Shown piece after piece: positions 37,750 through 46,054 of a stretch of DNA of 64,000 bases. Numbering within the stretch: position 1 is the first letter of the stretch; the number at the start of each line of letters is the position of its first letter. The translations under genes and the position numbers were made by a program. The notes under the pieces are model-generated. The model saw only the letters and a program-made list of their open reading frames with translations. It was not told where the DNA came from and ran no database searches. Source of the DNA: an uncultured Desulfatibacillum sp. (GTDB lineage Bacteria > Desulfobacterota > Desulfobacteria > Desulfobacterales > SpSt-501); assembly GCA_964562235.1 (NCBI GenBank), contig CAZLSV010000014.1:15984-79983 (forward strand), in the 5' to 3' direction.

Positions 37750-38642
37750 CCTCCGGCTACATCGCTCAGCAGATCGTCAACGGTCTCATCCTCGGCAGCA
37801 TGTACGCCATGGTGGCGATTGGTTTTTCGATGATCTACGGCATCGTCCGGTTGATCAATTTCGCCCACGGGGACATCGTCATGATCGGGGCCTTCGTCAC
37901 CTTGGGACTGCTGCAGTCGCTGGGCGCGCCTTTTCCTGTCGTCGCCATCGGGGTGCTGTTGGCGGGCGGCCTCATGGGCGTCATGATCGAGAGGGCCGCC
38001 TTCCGGCCCATGCGCGGCGCCCCCCAGGTCACCGGATTCATCGCTTCGCTGGCGGTGTCGATCATGCTCCAGAACCTTGGAATTCTGATACTGAGCGCTC
38101 AGCCGCGCAATTTCAGCTTTCCGGGCCAGCTGCAGGAGGTGATCCACGCCGGAGCCGTCAGCTTCCGGGTAATCGACCTCGTGATCATGGCCGTCGCCGT
38201 TTCGCTCATGTGCGCCCTGATTCTTCTGATACGCAAAACCAAGATCGGCATGGCCATGCGGGCCACGGCCGAGAACATCGACGCGGCGCGCCTGATGGGC
38301 ATCAAGATCAATCGCACCATCATGGCCGCCTTCGCCATCGGCAGCGCTCTCGCGGGCATCGCCGGGTTGATGTGGGGCGGCAAGTTCGGTCAGATCGACC
38401 CGCTTCTGGGGTACGTGCCCGGGTTGAAATCTTTTGTGGCGGCGGTGATCGGCGGGGTCGGGTCGATCCCGGGGGCGATTCTCGGCGGATACGTTCTCGG
38501 CCTGGCGGAAGTCCTTTTTGTGGGCCTGCTGCCGCCGATATACGCCTCGTTCCGCGACGCCTTCGTGTTCGTGACGTTGATCGTGATTCTGCTGATTTTA
38601 CCAAACGGGATCCTTGGACGAGCGACGGAGGACCGGGCCTGA
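37746..38642 (+). CDS. livH: LIV-type ABC transporter permease
   Basis: The N-terminus QQIVNGLILGSMYAMVAIGFSMIYG is typical of LivH. There are 8-9 TM helices and a 4-nt overlap with livF. Confidence 0.85.
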   Translation: MTSGYIAQQIVNGLILGSMYAMVAIGFSMIYGIVRLINFAHGDIVMIGAFVTLGLLQSLGAPFPVVAIGVLLAGGLMGVMIERAAFRPMRGAPQVTGFIASLAVSIMLQNLGILILSAQPRNFSFPGQLQEVIHAGAVSFRVIDLVIMAVAVSLMCALILLIRKTKIGMAMRATAENIDAARLMGIKINRTIMAAFAIGSALAGIAGLMWGGKFGQIDPLLGYVPGLKSFVAAVIGGVGSIPGAILGGYVLGLAEVLFVGLLPPIYASFRDAFVFVTLIVILLILPNGILGRATEDRA

Positions 38643-39673
38643 TGGACCTTCGACAGCCGCGATGGATTCTCTTGGCGCTCGCCCTGGCAGGGCTGGCGGG
38701 GGTGGGGCTGGCCCAGGCGGTGCTGGACGATTACATCCGGTCCATCATCAATTTTATAGGCATTTACGCCATTCTGGCCGTCAGCCTCAATCTGACCAAC
38801 GGATTTGCAGGTCTGTTTTCGCTCGGCCATCCCGGTTTCATGGCCATCGGCGGTTACGTCACGGCCATCCTGACCTTCCCGGTCTCCCGCAAGGCCATGT
38901 TCCTGGAGCTGCCCGGGTGGCTGGCGGGGTTCGAGCTTCCGTTTCTGCCGGCGCTGCTGGCCGGGGGGGCCTCTGCGGCGCTGACCGCTTTCCTGGTCGG
39001 CCTGCCGGTGCTGCGACTGCGCGGCCACTACCTGGCGGTGGCCACCATGGGTTTTTTGATCATTGTCCAGGTGCTCATTGAAAACTGGGAGAGCGTCACG
39101 CGTGGGCCGCTCGGTTTGAACGGTCTTGAAGCCCTGACGGATCTCTGGTGGGTCTACGGCTGGATGCTGGCAGCCGTCTACGTGAGCTGGAAGATCAAGT
39201 TCTCTTCCTACGGGCGAAGCATGCTGGCCATGCGCGAGGACAGCCTGGCCGCCCAATGCCTGGGGGTGAACCTGTTCCGGACGAGGGTCGCCGCTCTGGC
39301 CATCGGCGCTTTTTTCGCCGGGGTGGCCGGCGGGCTGTGGGCCCATCTGGTAACGGCGATTACGCCCGGCGCCTTTTCACTGATCATGGCCTTCAACATC
39401 GTGGTGATGGTCGTGATCGGCGGAACGGGAAGCATCACGGGCGCGATCGTGGCGGCCGTCGTCTTTTCGGCTGTCACCGAAATCTTCCGGCCCCTCGAAG
39501 AGCGTTTCGATGCGTACGGAATCGCCGAAGTTTTGATGGCGTTGATCCTGCTCTTGATCCTGATATACCGACCCACCGGGCTTTTCGGAAGCCGTGAGCC
39601 TGGTTTCCTGACGACCAGGCCCACTCATAACCCGGGAAATCATCCCGAAACCACAGAAGGAGGTCGAACATGA
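38642..39673 (+). CDS. livM: LIV-type ABC transporter permease
   Basis: The ATG at 38642 overlaps the livH stop (TGATG). It has a LivM-like core (YAILAVSLNLTNGFAGLFSLGHPGFMAIGGY). The upstream part of ORF 37652..39673 is an alternate frame of livH. Confidence 0.8.
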   Translation: MDLRQPRWILLALALAGLAGVGLAQAVLDDYIRSIINFIGIYAILAVSLNLTNGFAGLFSLGHPGFMAIGGYVTAILTFPVSRKAMFLELPGWLAGFELPFLPALLAGGASAALTAFLVGLPVLRLRGHYLAVATMGFLIIVQVLIENWESVTRGPLGLNGLEALTDLWWVYGWMLAAVYVSWKIKFSSYGRSMLAMREDSLAAQCLGVNLFRTRVAALAIGAFFAGVAGGLWAHLVTAITPGAFSLIMAFNIVVMVVIGGTGSITGAIVAAVVFSAVTEIFRPLEERFDAYGIAEVLMALILLLILIYRPTGLFGSREPGFLTTRPTHNPGNHPETTEGGRT

Positions 39674-40821
39674 ATCGGTTGAAATGGGGACTCGTTGCAC
39701 TGGCGCTTGTTTTTCTTTTTGGCGGCGTGGCCTGGTCGGCGGCCGACACCATCAAGCTGGGGGCCTTGTACAACCTGACCGGGGGCATGTCGTCCATCGA
39801 CGCCCCGGCACTGAACGGAGCCAAGCTGCATGCGAAGCTCATCAACGAAAAAGGCGGAGTTCTCGGCAAGAAGCTGGAAGTGATCGGGATCGACACCAAG
39901 ACCGACCAGAAAGCCGCCGCGACCGGAGCGCAGAGAGCCCTGTCGGCGGGGGTCATCGCCGGGCTGGGTTATGGAGACACGACCTACGTCATGGCCGCGG
40001 CCCCGCTGTTCCAGAAGAAGGGGCTGCCCTTTGTGACCTCGGGTGCGACGCACCCCGAGCTGCCCAAATGGGTCGGGAACTACATGTTCATGGTGCCGTT
40101 CGGTGACGACGATCAGTCTTTCGCCATCGCCGATTTCACGGTCAAGAAACTCAACGCCAAGAACGTGGCGGTCTGGACCGACAACTCGATGGACTTCACC
40201 AAGGCGCTTTCCAAGTTCTATATGGCCCGCATCAAGGAACTCGGCGGCACCATCATCCTGGAAGATTTTTTCAAGATGGGGGACAAGGATTTTTCGGCCC
40301 AGATCGCCCGCCTCAAGGCCGCCAACCCCAAGGCGGACGCCGTTTTTGTATCGGCCATTCCCAATGAAGCCGGCCTGAGTGTGAAGCAGATCCGTGAGGC
40401 CGGGCTCGATCTGCCTATCGTGAGCGGCGACGGCTTCGACACCGAGCTGGTCACCACGGTCCCCGGGCCCAAACTGGCCAACGCCGTCTACTTCTCGACT
40501 CACACGTACCGGGAAGACAACCGCCCCGAGGTGCTCGCGTTCGAGAAGGCTTATGAAAAAGAGTACAAGCGGCCGCCCGAAAACGCCTTTGCCGCGCTCG
40601 GCTTCGATGCCGTCGGCCTGATCGCCGACGGACTGAAACGCGCCGGAAAGGTCGATGGGAAGGCCCTGCGCGATGCCTTGGCGGCCACCAAGGGCTACAA
40701 AGCCGTCACCGGCGAAATCACCTATTCCCGGCCCTCCATGGTGCCGGCCAAGGGAGTCTCGATTATCAGCGTGATGAACGGAAAATACAAGGTCGAAGAA
40801 GTCTGGATGCCTAAACCATAG
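39670..40821 (+). CDS. LIV-type ABC transporter periplasmic substrate-binding protein (type 1 PBP)
   Basis: Signal peptide, then TIKLGALYNLTGGMSSIDAPALNGAKL. There is an ATGA overlap with livM. The ligand cannot be inferred from the sequence. Confidence 0.8.
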   Translation: MNRLKWGLVALALVFLFGGVAWSAADTIKLGALYNLTGGMSSIDAPALNGAKLHAKLINEKGGVLGKKLEVIGIDTKTDQKAAATGAQRALSAGVIAGLGYGDTTYVMAAAPLFQKKGLPFVTSGATHPELPKWVGNYMFMVPFGDDDQSFAIADFTVKKLNAKNVAVWTDNSMDFTKALSKFYMARIKELGGTIILEDFFKMGDKDFSAQIARLKAANPKADAVFVSAIPNEAGLSVKQIREAGLDLPIVSGDGFDTELVTTVPGPKLANAVYFSTHTYREDNRPEVLAFEKAYEKEYKRPPENAFAALGFDAVGLIADGLKRAGKVDGKALRDALAATKGYKAVTGEITYSRPSMVPAKGVSIISVMNGKYKVEEVWMPKP

Positions 40822-40896
40822 GACTTGTCGATGCCCATCCCTGTGCTCTGGGGATGGGCATCCCATCGACTACGCCTTTGCCATGAGGATGCGAGC

Positions 40897-41646
40897 ATGA
40901 AAAAAATCAAGCTTGAAGAGTACACCGAATTCACCTTCAACCAGAGCGGCGTCGATAAAGCCCTGATCGCCATCGGCTCGACGGAGAGCCACGGCGAGCA
41001 CCTGCCTTTCGGCTGTGACACCTTTGTCGCCTACGACATCGCCATCGAGGTTGCCCGGCGCCTCGAGCGCACGGTGGTGATCCCGCCGCTGTGGTACGGC
41101 ATGAGTCTGCACTACAGCCACAAACCCATGTGCATCAGTCTGACGAGCGACACCCTGACCCAGGTGCTGCGCGAAACCATGGAATCGCTGGTCCGCTGGG
41201 GAGTCAAGAAAATCCTGGTCATCAACGGGCATGACGGCAATATCGCCTCCATCGAAATCGCCGCCAGGGACATGAAGGTCAAATACCCCGACATGGGTCT
41301 GGCGGTCCTGGACGCCTGGTGGGTCACCGCCGGCAACCTCCTGCCCAAGGACACCTTCGAGGTCTGGGGCGGGCTCGGCCACGGCGGCGAGGGGGAGACC
41401 TCCATCGCGCTCGCCATCTTCCCGGAGCTGGTGGACATGCCGCGGGCCAAGGGCATGATTCCGGACATGGACCCCAACGTCAAACTGATCTGGAACTTTC
41501 AGGAACTAACCGATTACGGGGCCAGCGGAGCGCCTGAAAAAGGCACCGTGGAGAAAGGACAGAAGATGAAACAGGTCCTGGTGGACTACTTGGTCGCCTT
41601 TGTTCACCGCATGGACCGGCTGGGTTGGAAATATGCCAAGGCGTGA
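40897..41646 (+). CDS. Creatininase-family amidohydrolase
   Basis: The ATG at 40897 gives the IAIGSTESHGEHLPFGCD metal-binding motif, followed by INGHDGN and GHGGEGETS. Confidence 0.75.
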   Translation: MKKIKLEEYTEFTFNQSGVDKALIAIGSTESHGEHLPFGCDTFVAYDIAIEVARRLERTVVIPPLWYGMSLHYSHKPMCISLTSDTLTQVLRETMESLVRWGVKKILVINGHDGNIASIEIAARDMKVKYPDMGLAVLDAWWVTAGNLLPKDTFEVWGGLGHGGEGETSIALAIFPELVDMPRAKGMIPDMDPNVKLIWNFQELTDYGASGAPEKGTVEKGQKMKQVLVDYLVAFVHRMDRLGWKYAKA

Positions 41647-42646
41647 CGGCAGACGGACGGTCGCTCTTTTCTTCACCGGCGGCACCATCACCATGCGTCC
41701 CGCCGCCGACGAACGCGGGGTGGTCCCCGGCAACGAGTTCGACCGGCTCTTCGCCGAGCTGCGACCGCATGTCCGGGATGTGGATTTCAAACCGCTGCTG
41801 TGGTCCAATCGGCCCAGCCCGCACATGACCCCCGAGCACATGTTCCGCCTCGCCCGGGACATCGACCGGGCGCTGACCGTGCCCTCGGTGCTGGGCGCGG
41901 TGGTTCTCCACGGGACCGACGTGTTGGTGGAATCCGCCTACATGGCCGACCTCACGCTGCGCTCGTGCAAACCGGTCGTGTTCACGGGCTCCATGCGCTA
42001 CTACAGCGAGACGGGCTTCGACGGCATCCGCAACCTGCTGAACGGCGTCAAGGCCTGCCTGCTTCCGCTTCCGGAGGATACCGGCGTGGGCCTGCTGATG
42101 ACCGACCGGATCTTCGCCGCCCGGGAGGTGATCAAGGTCAACTCCCTCAACATCGACGCCTTCGAGGCCCCCGAGAGCGGCCCGGTGGCCTACGTGGCCG
42201 GCGAAGAGGTCCGGCTCACACGGCACGCGTCCCGCGCGCAGAACATCCGGCGGCCACTGATCCGGACCCATCGGATCGAGCCGGATGTGGCGATGATCTC
42301 CTGCTACACCGGCATGGACGGAACGCTGATCGAACACCTCCTGCGCAAGAAAGTGGCGGGGCTGGTGATCGAGGGCTTCGGCGCCGGCAATGTGCCGCCG
42401 GGGATTGTCCCTTCCGTGGAAAAGGCGATCTGCCGCGGGCTGCCGGTGGTGTTGACGACCCGCTGCCCCGAGGGGGGCGTGTGGCCGATCTACGCCTATG
42501 CCGGCGGCGGGGCCGATCTCGCCAGGAAGGGAATCATTTCAGGCGGCCGGCTCTCGGGCCCCAAGGCGCGCATCCTGCTGATGGCGGCGCTGGGGGCCAC
42601 CCGGAACATCGGGAGGATCCGGCAGCTCTTCGAACGAAACAGCTGA
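41633..42646 (+). CDS. L-asparaginase (type I / cytosolic-type family)
   Basis: The ATG at 41633 overlaps the creatininase gene's 3' end. The catalytic motif is ALFFTGGTITM, followed by HGTDVLVESAY and GFGAGNVP. Confidence 0.8.
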   Translation: MPRRDGRRTVALFFTGGTITMRPAADERGVVPGNEFDRLFAELRPHVRDVDFKPLLWSNRPSPHMTPEHMFRLARDIDRALTVPSVLGAVVLHGTDVLVESAYMADLTLRSCKPVVFTGSMRYYSETGFDGIRNLLNGVKACLLPLPEDTGVGLLMTDRIFAAREVIKVNSLNIDAFEAPESGPVAYVAGEEVRLTRHASRAQNIRRPLIRTHRIEPDVAMISCYTGMDGTLIEHLLRKKVAGLVIEGFGAGNVPPGIVPSVEKAICRGLPVVLTTRCPEGGVWPIYAYAGGGADLARKGIISGGRLSGPKARILLMAALGATRNIGRIRQLFERNS

Positions 42647-42659
42647 CAGGAAAAGGGCC

Positions 42660-44045
42660 ATGAAACGAATTCTGATCAAGAACCTGTTGAACAGCGCCGC
42701 CGCGGCCAAAAAAATCCGGGTCAGCGGCTGGGTACGCACCCGACGCGATTCCAAGGGCTTCTCGTTTCTCGAAGTCAACGACGGCTCCTGCCTCAAGAAC
42801 CTGCAGGTGATTGTGGACGAGAGCGTCCCGGCGTTCAGCGAGCTCAGGGACGTGTCCACCGGCGCCGCCGTGGACATCGAGGGGGCCCTGGTGGAATCCC
42901 CCGGCGCCGGGCAGAAGTGGGAGGTCCGGGCCGACCGCCTGCGGCTTCTCGGCCGCGCCGACCCGGAGACCTTCCCCCTTCAGAAAAAGCGGCACACCGA
43001 CGAGTATCTGAGAACCATCGCCCATCTGCGGCCACGGACCAACAAGTACGGCGCTTTGTTCCGGATCCGGTCCGAGGCCGCCTTCGCCGTCCACCGCTTT
43101 TTCCGGGAGAGCGGGTTCTATTATCTCCACAGCCCCATCCTCACCGGATCCGACTGCGAGGGCGCCGGTGAGATGTTCCGGGTGACCACCCTGCCGCCCT
43201 GCCCGCCTCCGCCGGCCCCGGGCGAGGGTCCGTTCGCCTCGGATTTCTTCGGCAAGGAGGCGAGCCTGACGGTGTCCGGACAGCTCGAGGCCGAGCTGTT
43301 CGCGTGCGCCCTGGGCAACGTCTACACCTTCGGCCCCACCTTCCGGGCGGAGAACTCCAACACCCCGCGCCACGCCGCCGAGTTCTGGATGATCGAGCCC
43401 GAGATGGCCTTCGCCGACATCAACGACAACATGGACCTCGCCGAGGATCTCGTGAAGACCATGACCACCCACGTGCTGGAGAACTGCCGCGAGGACATCG
43501 AGCTGTTCGCCAAGTTCGTGGACAAGCACCTGATGGGGAGCCTTGAAACCATCGTCGCCGAGCCCTACGTGCGCCTGCCTTACGCCGATGCCGTCGAGAT
43601 TCTGAAGAGCGCGGGGCGCACCTTCGAGTTCCCGGTCGACTTCGGGGTGGACCTTCAAACCGAGCACGAGCGCTTTCTCTGCGAGGATCACTTCAAAAAA
43701 CCCGTCATCGTCTACAACTACCCCAGGGAGATCAAGGCGTTTTACATGCGATTGAACGACGACGAGAGGACCGTGGCCGCGATGGACCTGCTGGTGCCCC
43801 GGGTGGGAGAGCTCGTCGGCGGCAGCCAGCGCGAGGAGCGCTACGAAACGCTCGAACGCCGCATCCTGGAAAACGGCATGACGCTTGAAACGTACTGGTG
43901 GTATCTCGACATCCGCCGCTTCGGGTCCGTCCCCCATGCCGGCTTCGGCCTGGGCTTCGAGCGCTTCCTCATGATGGTGACGGGCGTGACCAACATCCGG
44001 GACGTGATCCCGTTCCCGCGTACGCCCAAGCACCTGGAGTTCTGA
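42660..44045 (+). CDS. asnS: Asparagine--tRNA ligase
   Basis: The N-terminal OB anticodon-binding region is (VSGWVRTRRDSKGFSFLEVNDGS). Class II motifs are FRAENSNTPRHAAEFWMIEPE and GGSQREER..PHAGFGLGFERF. Confidence 0.9.
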   Translation: MKRILIKNLLNSAAAAKKIRVSGWVRTRRDSKGFSFLEVNDGSCLKNLQVIVDESVPAFSELRDVSTGAAVDIEGALVESPGAGQKWEVRADRLRLLGRADPETFPLQKKRHTDEYLRTIAHLRPRTNKYGALFRIRSEAAFAVHRFFRESGFYYLHSPILTGSDCEGAGEMFRVTTLPPCPPPPAPGEGPFASDFFGKEASLTVSGQLEAELFACALGNVYTFGPTFRAENSNTPRHAAEFWMIEPEMAFADINDNMDLAEDLVKTMTTHVLENCREDIELFAKFVDKHLMGSLETIVAEPYVRLPYADAVEILKSAGRTFEFPVDFGVDLQTEHERFLCEDHFKKPVIVYNYPREIKAFYMRLNDDERTVAAMDLLVPRVGELVGGSQREERYETLERRILENGMTLETYWWYLDIRRFGSVPHAGFGLGFERFLMMVTGVTNIRDVIPFPRTPKHLEF

Positions 44046-44071
44046 GTTTATGACTGTGGAGATTTTCCCTT

Positions 44072-45013
44072 GTGATTAAGAAAAAGCTCTTCGGGAACAG
44101 CGTCAAGGAACAATACCGCGCCAGCGCGCGGGACCGGATCGCCGTCTTTGTGCTCGCGGCTGGCCAGGTGCGGGGCGCCCTTCTGAACGGCACCCGTATG
44201 GTGAACGAAATGCGGGCCAACCACGGGCTGGGAATCCTGGAAACGCTGGTTCTGGGCCGCGCCTATCTGGGCATCGCCCTGATGGCCTCCGGCCTGAAGG
44301 GCAGCGACCGGGTGGCGATGCAGATCAACTGCTCGGGACCGATCAAGGGGCTCAGCGTGGAGGCGAACGCCTTCGGCGAAGTGCGCGGATATCTCAAACG
44401 GGTGCCCATCCCGGTGGCCGCGCCGCTCGAGGACTTCGATCTTTCCCGCTTCTTCGGGGCCGGGCTTCTTTCGGTCACGCGAACCCTCCAGAACGCCAAG
44501 CAGCCGTTCACCGGCCAGGTGGAGCTGCGCCACGGAAACATCGCCCAGGACCTGGCACATTACTACTTGGCGTCCGAACAGACCCGCACGGCCTTCAACC
44601 TGAGCATCAAATTCGACAGGGACGGGGAGGTGACGGGGGCCGGCGGTCTTTTTCTGCAGGCCATGCCCCGGGCGGAGGAGCCACTGACGGCCGAGCTGGA
44701 AACCATCGTCCACAACTTTCCTTCGCTGGGGGAGGTGTTCGCGGGGGAGCAGACGCCCGATCAGGTGGCCGCGGAGGTGTTGGCCGCCTACGCCCCCAAA
44801 CTCCTGTCCGACCGGAGGGTGGAGTTTCTGTGCCACTGCAGCCGGGAGCGGCTGCATCGCCTGCTCGCCATGCTGCCGATCGAGGACCTCCGGGACCTGC
44901 GCGACAACGGCCCCTTCCCGGTCGAGATGCGCTGCCACAACTGCAACACCCCCTACGAGTTCAGCCGGGAAGAGATGGAAGAACTATACGGCCGCCGCTA
45001 TCCGAGCAACTAG
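44072..45013 (+). CDS. hslO: Hsp33-family redox-regulated chaperone
   Basis: GTG start. The C-terminal zinc centre is CHCSRERL...CHNCNTPYEF (CxC..CxxC), with an Hsp33-like core. Confidence 0.9.
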   Translation: MIKKKLFGNSVKEQYRASARDRIAVFVLAAGQVRGALLNGTRMVNEMRANHGLGILETLVLGRAYLGIALMASGLKGSDRVAMQINCSGPIKGLSVEANAFGEVRGYLKRVPIPVAAPLEDFDLSRFFGAGLLSVTRTLQNAKQPFTGQVELRHGNIAQDLAHYYLASEQTRTAFNLSIKFDRDGEVTGAGGLFLQAMPRAEEPLTAELETIVHNFPSLGEVFAGEQTPDQVAAEVLAAYAPKLLSDRRVEFLCHCSRERLHRLLAMLPIEDLRDLRDNGPFPVEMRCHNCNTPYEFSREEMEELYGRRYPSN

Positions 45014-45036
45014 CGTTTGTGCGTTGATAGCGTCCA

Positions 45037-45140
45037 TCGCGTCGGTCGCGTTATTGCTCCGGCGAATAGACCAGTACAACGGGAGCCGTTGCCGGGTGGC
45101 GCGAGGGGCCACCGCTTCAAACATAACGCGCCAACGCGAT
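45037..45140. repeat. Palindromic intergenic element, copy 2 of the GTTATTGCTCCG family
   Basis: The outer stem ATCGCGTCGGTCGCGTTAT (45037-45055) pairs with ATAACGCGCCAACGCGAT (45123-45140), with 1 bulge and 1 mismatch. Inner hairpins are CAACGG-GAG-CCGTTG and GGTGGC..GCCACC. It shares a 12-mer with copy 1 and a 17/18 core with copy 4. Confidence 0.6.
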
Positions 45141-45172
45141 ACACGCGGTCGCGTCGGCGGCTGAACGCTTCT

Positions 45173-45790
45173 TTATTTCTTTTCGGCCGGCGGGGCGGCC
45201 TGTTTTTTCAGCCCCTGCAGCATCTGGTCAACCGACATCCCGCCCGGGGCCATGGCCGTGGGGTTGATCTCCAGCAGCCCTTCCCAGGCGCGGATGGCGC
45301 CCGGGGCGTCCTGCAGGTCGTGGAAAAGAACGATTCCCTTGTTGAGCCGGGAGACTTCGTGTTTGGGGTTGACGGCGATGGCCTGGTCAAAGGCCTTGAT
45401 GGCATCCTGGGGCCGCCCGTCCTTGCGGTACATGACCCCCATGTCCGTCCAGACATCGGCGTTGTCCGGCTTGAGCTCCAGGGCTTTGCTGTACGCCTGG
45501 ATGGACTTCTTGGGCTGGTCGGTGTCGAAATACGCGTTGCCGAGCTCAATCCAGGCCCCCACGTTCGTGGGATTCTGCGCAGTTTCCTTCTCCAGGGCCG
45601 CGATTTGCCCCAGCAGCTCCTGGTGCGCCGAAGGGGCGCCGGCCGGCATCCCTTTAGGGCTCGGCCCCGACTTGTAAATGCCGAAAAACACCCCTCCGAA
45701 GAACCCCACCGCCAGCGCCACCAGGGCGACCAGCAGCGCGGTCTCCTTGCGCATGTAACTCTTCATGTCCGGTTGAGCGGTCTTGGCCAT
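45173..45790 (-). CDS. Membrane-anchored TPR-repeat protein
   Basis: The ATG at 45790 gives one N-terminal TM helix (ALLVALVALAVGFFGGVFFGIY). Three or four TPR units follow (AWIELGNAYFDTDQPKKSIQAYSKALELKPDN..). Confidence 0.65.
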   Translation of the reverse strand: MAKTAQPDMKSYMRKETALLVALVALAVGFFGGVFFGIYKSGPSPKGMPAGAPSAHQELLGQIAALEKETAQNPTNVGAWIELGNAYFDTDQPKKSIQAYSKALELKPDNADVWTDMGVMYRKDGRPQDAIKAFDQAIAVNPKHEVSRLNKGIVLFHDLQDAPGAIRAWEGLLEINPTAMAPGGMSVDQMLQGLKKQAAPPAEKK

Positions 45791-45926
45791 TTTTTCGCTT
45801 TCTATTTGAAAAATTGATCGGTTATTCCGAAAGTCACCCCGCAAGTTAACAGTTCTTGTTGCGCAGTCAACCCGGATTTAGAAAGCATCAAGGTCTTCGT
45901 TGCTTGGTTAGGGATAGGTGAGAAAC

Positions 45927-46052
45927 GGGCGACTTCGTCCGAGGGCCAAGATCAAGGCGCGCGATTCCCGCCGAACGAGGCGTACGCCAGTACGCCGCAG
46001 TGCGCGCGGGATGAAGCGCAACGCCGAGCTTGGCCCTCCGACGAAGCCGCCC
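45927..46052. repeat. Long-range imperfect inverted repeat (24-nt arms) between the SPOR and TPR genes
   Basis: GGGCGACTTCGTCCGAGGGCCAAG (45927-45950) matches the reverse complement of CTTGGCCCTCCGACGAAGCCGCCC (46029-46052) at 22/24. The interior holds a GGCGTAC-GCCA-GTACGCC hairpin. Confidence 0.6.
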
Positions 46053-46054
46053 TG

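Noticed and set aside
37652-38641. The 5' half of the 673-aa ORF 37652..39673. Similarly, the 5' part of 48639..50258, and the 2674..3018, 21223..21366 and 29196..29333 leaders.
   Set aside because: These are run-on alternate frames or leaders over better-supported genes. In each case an internal start with an SD-like sequence yields the canonical N-terminus of the family.
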